Positions 54,001 through 64,000 of a DNA stretch of 64,000 nt are shown piece after piece; the first letter of the stretch is position 1, and every line of letters starts with the position of its first letter. A program made the translations under genes and the position numbers. Under the pieces are notes generated by a model. It was not told the origin of the DNA. It saw nothing but the letters and a program-made list of their open reading frames with translations, and ran no database searches. Source of the DNA: Octopus vulgaris (taxonomy: Eukaryota); the NCBI GenBank assembly GCA_951406725.2, contig OX597815.1, positions 130,138,001-130,202,000 on the forward strand, given 5' to 3'.

Positions 54001-54387
54001 TTACCTTGTTCAATTTGAAGTCAGTATTGTTCCTTTCTCAAACTGTTCCTTGGAGGCATAATAGGCGCTACCTATTTGTGATTGGCATTTCTTACCCCTA
54101 CTGGAAAAGAAAAACAACCTGTTAAATTACAACTAAATGAAGGTATACGAAAATGTGAAATATTAATATGTCCAAAGAAATTTCTTATCTTTTCCCCTGA
54201 GGCTAAACTGGGTCGGTAGTTGAGTATTTCAAAATCTTCTGAGGCAAATCATTCATGCAGATTTCTTCAATGAGTACCCAAAGGTATCTTCGATTCATCC
54301 ATAGAACTGTCAGAAAATATAACAAAAACAACAATAAAACAATAAAGGCATCAATAAGGTCGATGCGGATGATGATGATGACGATAC

Positions 54388-54437
<50 letters not shown>

Positions 54438-54635
54438 TAATAGATTAACCTTTTTTCTTCATTTCCCCGCACAGATGAAGATGGAGAAAAGAAGCACACA
54501 CTTGCACAGACAGAAACATTTACATACGTTATTTAAAACAGCGGTGGTGCCCCAGCATGGCCGCGGCCTTCGGGCTAAAACATTTCTAAGGATTTAAGGA
54601 TACGTAGTTTTAGGATAAAAGAGGCTGAATATTTT

Positions 54636-54728
<93 letters not shown>

Positions 54729-55509
54729 TATATATATATATGTATACATATATATATATATGTATGTATATATATATATATATATTATAATATAATATAA
54801 TATATATGTACACACACATACCTATATATATGATATATTGATATAATATGATTGTGTGTGTATGTAAGCGTGTGCGTGTTTACGTGTGTGCGTGTGTGTG
54901 TAAACATTGGTATAGTTTGGGAGAGGCATGCTGCCAAAATATCCATACACTCTGACTGTACTTCAGTTCTTTAATTCATTATCCAAGTCTTTCAATAGAC
55001 TTCTGTAAACCATTTCAATGAGAGACCGGTGCTTGATCTTCATATATTACTAGAAAAACTGTGTATGTTTATCTATATGTCTATGTGAGTGAGCATATGT
55101 TTGTTGTCGTGTTCATTATTGGTGCACTTATTTGGCAGTCACGGTTTTTTTTTAATTGGTAAGCGTGCATCCGCGCCTGCTCATGCGCACGATTTTATTA
55201 TTTTTAATTTCACTTTCATTGATCACTCAACTGAACTCAGTAGCTTTTCCAGGTTGCTGTTGTCAATCTCTCCACGTGCCAATTTAAATGCTAGATATTA
55301 TTATGTTTTGTGTATTTGGGGAATTGAACACACACACACATACATACAAACAACCCCCCCACATACACACACACCTGGTTTCATTTCATTATCACTGAGA
55401 TGACGTATACATACGGAGTCGGTAACTTGTTATAGTGTCAGATGCCGTGGGTGAGCAAACGAGGTTTCTATTCTGTTATTGGTAACCGACCCTTCATAGT
55501 TTTCTAATG

Positions 55510-55885
55510 TTTTCCATTGCGACATATCCATGATGGAGCACCGCCTTCCTTTTAGTCGAAGAAATCGACCCCGGACTTATTCCTTGTAAGCCTAGTACTT
55601 ATTCTATCGGTTTATTTTGTCGAACTGCTAAGTTACGGGGACGTAAACACATCAGCATTGTGTGTCAAGCGATGTTGGAGGGACAGACACGCAAACACAC
55701 ATACACACACACATATATATACCTCGGACAACTTTCAGTTTCCGTTTACCAAATCCATTCACAAAGCTTTGGTCAGCCCGAGGCTATAGTAGAAGACACT
55801 TGTCCAAGATGCCTCGCAGTGGGACTGAACCTGGAACCATGTGATTGGTAAGCAAGCTACTTACCACACAGCCACTCCTGTGCCT
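55510..55885 (-). mobile_element. SINE family B, full length
   Basis: Reverse complement colinear with 46332-46858. Confidence 0.85.
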
Positions 55886-56483
55886 ATGTCCAAGTTTTTT
55901 TTTACACATGAATTAAAACAATAAATATGACAGTCATTTATACGTATATAAATATGAGAGAAGACAGAAAAACAGAATATAAGGGCTTAGCAACGACACA
56001 ATGTCTTTGTGAAAGGCTATTGGTTAATAACTAAGTAAGGGGTATGATGATAATTTCCTGTTATCAGTTGAGAACCCGGATGAGAAAACATGACGGAATA
56101 AAGCGAAGAGAATACTATATCGAAATAGCAAAAACAAAAGCACAAAAAAGATTAAACCCCCCACCCACCCACCCATTCACCGCACCCGTCCCTTCACCAT
56201 CCTCCAATAGAAACGTTAAAAAATGCTTGATAGAAGCATAAAATGAAAAACTAATTACTTGAGTGCGATGACCGTCTGACAGTGCACTTTTTAGTAAATA
56301 GACTACTACTGCTACTACTACTACTACTACTTTGACTATCAACGATCACTATCGCAACGCAGTAACTATATAGACAAATGTACACACACATATATACACA
56401 GGCACATACGCAGACACATCATTCACATAAGCATGCACACACATGCATGTATGCATATGCTTTCATGAATTCAAATCTATATT

Positions 56484-56546
56484 TCTATCTATCTATCTAT
56501 CTATCTGTCTGTCTATCTATCTGTCTGTCTCTCTCTATCTGCTTAT

Positions 56547-56616
<70 letters not shown>

Positions 56617-56633
56617 GTCTATCTGTCTGTCTA

Positions 56634-56677
<44 letters not shown>

Positions 56678-56741
56678 TCTATCTATATCTATATATATAT
56701 ATATATCTATATATATATATATATATCTGTCTGTCTATCTA

Positions 56742-56823
<82 letters not shown>

Positions 56824-56930
56824 AATCAGTCTGTCTGTCTGTCTGTCTGTCGGTCTGACTTTCTATCCATCTATCTATATATCTATATATCTTATCTATC
56901 TATCTATCTATCAATCATTCTGTCTGTCTG
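56484..56930. repeat. Long compound (TCTA)/(TCTG)/(TA) microsatellite
   Basis: Visible directly; source of the 219-aa and 214-aa ORFs. Confidence 0.95.
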
Positions 56931-57374
56931 TCTGTTTGTGTGTCGATGTGTCTGCATGTCTGTATGTGTGTGTGTGTTTCTGTCAGTTTTTATCAGCCTA
57001 TCTCTCCATCCATCTATACACAAACCCACGTTTATAGTTAGAGGTAGGCAGACAGATAGACAGAGGCACAAAATGATAGAAAATTAGATAGACAGACAGA
57101 CAGACAGACAAACAGATAGCCATACATAGATACATACAGACGGATAGACAGACAGACAGACAGAGAAAGAGAGGGAAGGAGGGGAAGACAGTTCATTTAC
57201 CGAGTGATTCTTCACCAGAGATATAAACGCGAATGCCATTACTAACAAGCGTTATTGTCTTCCTGTTTCTAAACCGAAACAAATAAAATGTCATGTGTTG
57301 CTTAAAGATGAACAAGTAATGGACTCGGTGGCAATAATAGTAACACTAGAATGGCAGCGTTTTCCGTTTTTCTA

Positions 57375-57841
57375 TTTCTACTTGTTTCAGTCATTGGATC
57401 GCAGCCATGCTGAAACACCGCTTTAAAGCGTTTAGTTCAGTCATGAGGAAACTGTGGCCCACGGGATTTTCTGAAGGGCACACCTGACAAAAAGTTACCT
57501 TGAATTTTTTTTTTTAGTAGTGCGGCTCGACTGATGATAATGCATACCTCATGGGGCCCACTTTTCGTAAAAGGGTGCTCGTGTCTGGTTTAGTCGAACA
57601 AAAGGAGACCAGTACTTATTTTATTTAAAGTTTGGTACTTACTCTATCGATATCTTCCGCCGAACCGCTAACACACACACGCATACACATACACACACAT
57701 ACACACGCGCGCGCACACACAGACACATATGGTTTGTCCAGAGTTATAACAAATGACACGTACCCAAAGTGTCGCGTAGTGGGACTGAACCCGAAACAAC
57801 ATGGTTACAAAGTGATCTCCTTAGCTACACAGTCATGCCTG
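57375..57841 (-). mobile_element. SINE family B interrupted by a hAT MITE
   Basis: Tail cttgtttcagtcattggatcgcagccatgctg and head gtcgcgtagtgggactgaacccg. Confidence 0.7.
57438..57587. mobile_element. hAT (Charlie/Buster-like) MITE
   Basis: Decayed TIRs cagtcatgag... / ...ctcgtgtctg. TSD gtttagtt (57430-57437) / gtttagtc (57588-57595). Confidence 0.65.
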
Positions 57842-58989
57842 GACGTTTTAGGAGGTTAAAACTAATTAAATGTCATCAAAAGCGGCTATGGCAGTGATGG
57901 AGCAGACAATGATGGGAATGTTGATGGTGACGGTGGTGGCGGTGGTGGCGGTGGTGGCGGTAGTGGTGGTAGTGGTGGTGGTGGTGGTAGTGGTGGTGAC
58001 GGTGGCAGTCGTTTTGTTGGTGGCGTGGGTGGTGGTCGTGTTGCTGGTATTTATTATTTTTTTAAGGTATACATATTTGGTTTTGCCGTAGGATTTCGTG
58101 ACATTTGTGTTTTATCGTTTCTCTTAGTAAAAGAACATGTCTAGTTAAGGTGTTAGAATTAGAGAAGCTGATAGTAATGGTGGCAGTGATGGTGATGGTG
58201 ATAGTGGAGGTGATGTAGAATATCACGACAAAGTGGAAAAAGAGCTGGTATTGATGATGGTGTAAGCGTATCGAAACGATGAAGATAATGGTACGGATGT
58301 AGTTGAATGATGATGATGGTGATCATGATGGCGATAATGGTAGAGGTGTTATTGGTGATAGTGGTGGTTGCGGCAGTGGTGGTGATGGTGGTGCTACGGA
58401 TAAGCTGAATAATAATGGTGATGATGATGGTGGTAGAGGTGGTGGTAGTGGCGAACATGACGATGATGATGATGATAATGATGTTATAGTCGTGACTGTG
58501 ACAGTGGTGGTAGTAGTAATGACGATGACGATGATGATAATGATGTTGACGAAAATGACGATAATTTGGTTGTAGTCCGAACGACAAAGATATATTTAAT
58601 AATCGTCACACATTATACTTGGAAACCACATTATTCTCCAAGAAAAATTCCTTAAAGTTTGGCAGCAACTTTAGCATGATACTACAGAAGGGCAAGTGTG
58701 ACATCATTTGTAGCCAAAATAAAATGAGAAACATCGCTAAAATTACAACCCCTTCCATTTTTGCACTTGAAAAACACCACCGAATAGAAACATTTCGTTA
58801 TCGCTACACCCGAAAGATCTGCTTTCGCTTGCATCTGTTAATGCCCTAAAATATTCGGACTCTGTGTGGAGTTTTGAGAACTGATTCCAATAAACATCAA
58901 TTGCAAACACCGACCTACACTATATACAAAACTGAACAAATCATGATGATGATGATGAGGATGCTGCTGCTGCTACTACTACTAATAAT

Positions 58990-59048
<59 letters not shown>

Positions 59049-59059
59049 TGATGATGATG

Positions 59060-59105
<46 letters not shown>

Positions 59106-59354
59106 CGATAGCATTGTCGCTGTGAAGTTTCCTTTTTTCTCCTTCTTTGTCAACTGTTTTTACTTGTTATTCTTTCCTTTTTCTCTCTGTCTTTCTCCTC
59201 CATTTCCCCTGTCACATGACTTTGTATATGAACAATAATCTGGGGCGTTTATTTTAATGGCCTGCAAAAGTATGCAAGTGCGTTACTCTGCCCTAGGTGT
59301 CAGGAAGACACACGGCAAGAAATGGAAGCCGAATTGAAAGAAGTTGATAATGAA

Positions 59355-59355
<1 letters not shown>

Positions 59356-59428
<73 letters not shown>

Positions 59429-59436
59429 TGATGATG

Positions 59437-59494
<58 letters not shown>

Positions 59495-59600
59495 CAACAA
59501 CAACAACTACTACTACAACAATAATAACAACAACAAAAACAGCAACAACAACAAGAATAACAATAATAATAATAATAATAATGACAACTACAACAGTAAC
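59356..59600. repeat. (AAT)/(AAC) microsatellite
   Basis: Visible directly. Confidence 0.95.
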
Positions 59601-59601
59601 A

Positions 59602-59772
59602 ATCCTTTCTACCGTAAGCACAAGGCCTGAAATTTTGAGGAGTGGGTTAGTCGATTATATCGATACTGACATATGACTGGTATTTATTTTGTCACCCTCA
59701 AAAGTCGACTCGACGGAATTTTAATTCTTGACCTAAAGACGCACAAAATACTGGTAAGCACTTTGTTCGGTG
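59602..59772 (-). mobile_element. SINE family A, diverged, adjoining (AAT/AAC)n
   Basis: atcctttctaccgtaagcacaaggcctgaaatttt tail. Confidence 0.65.
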
Positions 59773-59873
59773 TGTTCAAAAACAACAACAAAAACAAACA
59801 GCACTAATTATCATTGACCACCACGGATGAAATGTGGGGCTGGGGCTGGTGGGGCTGGGGGATAGAGACAAAA

Positions 59874-59916
<43 letters not shown>

Positions 59917-59934
59917 TTTTTTGTTAATCCTATT

Positions 59935-60316
59935 TCTTGCGGCCGTGCTGGAGCACCGCCTTTTTTAGTCGATCGATTCGACCTCAGGACTTATTCTTTT
60001 GTAAGCCTAGTACTTATTCTATCGGTTTTGTTTTACCGAACCGCTAAGTTACGGGGACGTAAACACACCAGTATCGGTTTTCAAGCGATGTTGGGTGGAC
60101 AAACACACACACACGCGCACGCACTCACACACACAAACACACACATACACACACACATATACGACAGGCTTCTTTCAGTTTCTGTCTACCAAATCCACTT
60201 ACAAGGTCCGGAGATTTAGTAGAAGACACTTACTCAAGGTGCCACGCAGTGGGAGTGAACCTGGAACCATGTGGTTGGTAAGCAAGCTATTTACCACACT
60301 ACCACTCCTGCGCCTA
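59935..60316 (-). mobile_element. SINE family B, full length
   Basis: Colinear with 55510-55885. Confidence 0.85.
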
Positions 60317-60689
60317 CATATATAAAAAAAAAACACAGCGAGCAAGAAGCAGCGATTTTGAAGGGAGGGGGTTAGATGACACCATCGCCCCTAAACTTGA
60401 TATTTTATCGACTCTTAAATGAATGAAAAATAAAGTTGTTCTTGGAGGGGTTTGATGTTAAAACGCAGAATGCCTAGACAAACATCGCAAAGGTGTATTT
60501 CCAGCGTCCTTAGGATTCTGTTATCTCACCGCCATAATCTTCCTCGGCATCATCACCATGCTCCTCCTCCTCTTCCTCCTCCTCCTCCTCATCATCATCA
60601 TCATCATCACTCATCATCAGCATCAGCATCATCATCATCATCATGGGAAACATATATTATACATTGCAATGAGTTCCAATGTTGGTCGT

Positions 60690-60760
60690 CATGTACACAT
60701 TTTTCAAGGTTGACGTCTGGAACAGTGGACCTCGAAACATTTCAAGCTACATTGGACTGA
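60690..60760 (+). pseudogene. Possible CR1/L2-type LINE C-terminal relic
   Basis: VDVWNS, frameshift, DLETFQATLD* resembles the V-x-x-WN-x-L...FK-x-x-LD end of CR1-group ORF2. Confidence 0.35.
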
Positions 60761-61217
60761 AAAAATCCCTTTTGGATAGATGTTAGAACTCCACAGGCAG
60801 CCTTCACCTTAGCTATCCAAAAAGGGTTTTATAACGTTATACCTACATTCTATTATTTATAGCTTTATGTGCTCCGAGATCCACTGTTTCAAAAACGAAT
60901 TATTTTTCCATGAGGTCTTTCAATATTTGGATGTTGGATATGATTTCCTTCAAATTCAATTACTAATATGTTTCATTGGGTTCTAGTACCTTTCGTATTT
61001 TCATTAATTTTAACAATGGAATTATCTTTTTACTTTTGTTAATTCATTGGAACGTATTTATTTCGACCCAACAACATCCTTTTCTCCTGTGCAAGTGACT
61101 CTATATCGATGTTTGATTGCAAAACAACTTCAAATCATAATTTATGATTGGACATTTAGTGAATTTCCCGAAGTGGTGCTGCGTTTCTCCATTTCGGAGT
61201 AATTCTCTTTAATGTTT

Positions 61218-61345
61218 AGAGATGCGTGACTTAGCGGTCTGGATCTTGGACTCATAACTGTAAGATTGTGATTTCGCTTCGTGGACCGGGCAACCTGTTG
61301 TGTTCTTGAACGAGGCACTTCATTTCCCGTTGCTTCACCCCACTC
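61218..61345 (+). mobile_element. SINE family D head, diverged
   Basis: gttgtgttcttgaacgaggcacttcatttc core. Confidence 0.55.
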
Positions 61346-61499
61346 TTTTGTAGCCAAAGGCAACAGGGAGTTCCTTTGGAAATTCTCTGGTTGATTTGCA
61401 TGTTCCTTATGGTTAGGAGTTTCCGTTTTGTGAATGGAAATTTAGCCAGTTAGTGGTATGCATGCATGTATACATACCTGCATACATGTATGGAGAAAT

Positions 61500-61539
61500 A
61501 CATATATTCATACATTTACTTGCATATATATATACATAA

Positions 61540-61583
<44 letters not shown>

Positions 61584-61732
61584 TATAATATATATGCGTG
61601 TATATATATACATTCATATATAAGCATACATATATATATTGTATATATAAATACATATATATGTGTGTGTGTCCGTATAAACATATATACATATATATAT
61701 ATATATATGTATATGTATGTATGTATGTATGC

Positions 61733-61767
<35 letters not shown>

Positions 61768-61793
61768 TGTATGTATGTATGTATGTATGTATG

Positions 61794-61842
<49 letters not shown>

Positions 61843-61984
61843 AAAATAAGGTAGATAATACTAAATTAATTTTATCATGAAGAATATTTTATTTATATAT
61901 GTGTGTATATATATATATACATATGTTCTATATATATATATATTCTTTATATATTATATATACGTATATATATATATAAATATG

Positions 61985-62017
<33 letters not shown>

Positions 62018-62042
62018 GTATATAGATATGTTTATATACATT

Positions 62043-62079
<37 letters not shown>

Positions 62080-62100
62080 GTTTATTCACATACATATATA
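61500..62100. repeat. Long compound (TA)/(TATG) microsatellite field
   Basis: Visible directly. Confidence 0.9.
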
Positions 62101-63110
62101 TAGTATCTCTTGCTTGCGTGTACGACTGCTCTGGTGAGTTTAGCTCTACGTCAGTTATCTTCATCCAGTCTACCTCCCGTGTAATGGTTTCCTTACTATT
62201 ATACTTAGTCGTATTACTGGCTACGATATACAGAGCAAATATATATATATAGCGCATGCGGGCGCGTGCACATACACACACACATGCGGTGTCCCAGCAT
62301 GGCCGCAGTCAAATGAGTGAAGCAAGAAAATATCTGTATATCATATATATATATATGTTTGTAATAACGAAGTACTCAATACAAAAATAGAGTGTAATTG
62401 TTATTTAGACTAATCCATTGGCTTATTATTCTGATGCATGGCCACTTCTTCAAGCAACAGAAGACATACAGACAATGCACTCGCGCTTGCGCATCTGTAT
62501 TATGTGTGTGAGTGAGTGTGTGTACCTTTATAATGGTCAATATTTAATTATGGGTTGCGCTGTCTTAGGTTTTTCTATAATCGAGTGAAGCCATCTTTGT
62601 TATTTTATATTCACGTTCATAAGCTTATTTTCAGCATAACTCTGCATAATATATAATCAGTTTTTGGTGTAGTATTTTCGTCCTTGAATGTATATATGTG
62701 TTTATTTTTTTCTTTCTTTTCTAGAATGATTTCAGGTAGAATTTTACCATGAACAAAGCCGAAACAACAAAAATAAAAGTAATTACATACGAAACTAAAT
62801 TGTATAAAAGAAAATTTGCAATGCATTCATATGTAGACCTATGTTCTGTGCACCTTCCGATATGTAAAGTTCTTTGTACTGCTATCCCTTAACGTAAAAA
62901 GAAAAGAAAAAAGTGCAAAAAGAAAGTAAAAATGCAAAACAAAATGTTAAGTAACAAAAAATATATAACCGAAAAATAAAAAAATAAATATACATTAACA
63001 ACGTAACAGCATTATTATTATATTAATATGTAACATATATCCGGCAACAGAAACCTGAGCAATATATATGTAAATGTCGAACGATGAGGTGAGTGTTGAA
63101 CAGCGCATTA

Positions 63111-63191
<81 letters not shown>

Positions 63192-63285
63192 GTCTGTCTG
63201 TATGTCTGTCTGTCTCTCTGTCTGTCTGTCTGTGTATGTATGTATGTATGTATGCATGTATGTATGCATGCATGTATGTATGTAT

Positions 63286-63336
<51 letters not shown>

Positions 63337-63468
63337 TGCATGCATATATATATGAACTTATGTGTGCGTATATATACGTTTATGTACGTAAAATGTAAAT
63401 ATATAATATATCGTATAATATAACTACAAATATATATATATGTATATATGGGTGTGTGTATGTATATA

Positions 63469-63504
<36 letters not shown>

Positions 63505-64000
63505 TGTATGTATGCATGTATGTACGTATATATATATGTACGTATATATATATATATATAACTACTTTCGTATATATATGAATAATAATATATGTGGATA
63601 TATATGTATATGTCTATATATACATATACATATATGTATATATCTATGTATATGTACATGTATATATACACACGCACGCACACACGCACACACGCATACA
63701 CGCACACACGCACTCACATATATGTAGGTAGTTATATATGTATGTATATAGATGCCATGGAAGTCGTTATCGCGTTTTCATAGACTCATCAGTGTCCAAG
63801 AGAAACATAATCAGATACTAATAAGTCAAAATGGATTATTATGATGTGGTACCACCTCCGCAATTGCTTGAATAGACATGGTTATAACTATTATTTCTCG
63901 CTATCGACTTATTTCAATGCACAGTAACGAGATAGTGAACAAAATGCTGGAAGGTTGGTCTGTTTCTAACATTTAGCAATCCACACACCGAACCTCACCA

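Noticed and set aside
54203-54310. Acceptor-like ttttctgacAG on the minus strand with a short open frame (LWMNRRYLWV...)
   Set aside because: Stop after about 33 codons, no convincing donor or homology, and it cannot be linked to the 36551 candidate.

Overview
Eukaryotic, AT-rich, microsatellite- and SINE-saturated genomic DNA. The repeat content is consistent with an octopus (coleoid cephalopod) genome; this is inferred, not searched. The only well-supported gene content is the 3' end of a plus-strand synaptotagmin-family gene: two exons (1727-1847 and 11166-11470) joined across a 9.3-kb phase-1 GT-AG intron encode a complete C2B domain with a partly degenerate Ca2+-ligand set. The rest is intron, 3' flank and intergenic sequence. 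It contains about 40 copies of tRNA-derived SINEs from four recurring head types (called A-D here) with mix-and-match tails, several MITEs with readable TIRs/TSDs (hAT/Charlie-like, Merlin-like, Tc1/mariner-like, piggyBac-like), and decayed Penelope, Dong/R4-type and probably CR1/RTE retroelement fragments. Almost all ORFs in the supplied track are microsatellite artefacts. The most striking observation is an apparently intact minimal hammerhead ribozyme (2292-2340) on the sense strand of the synaptotagmin intron, enclosed by ~64-bp inverted repeats. Other leads are a ~750-bp inverted SINE-pair hairpin, modular SINE chimeras and one unexplained cysteine-rich candidate exon on the minus strand.
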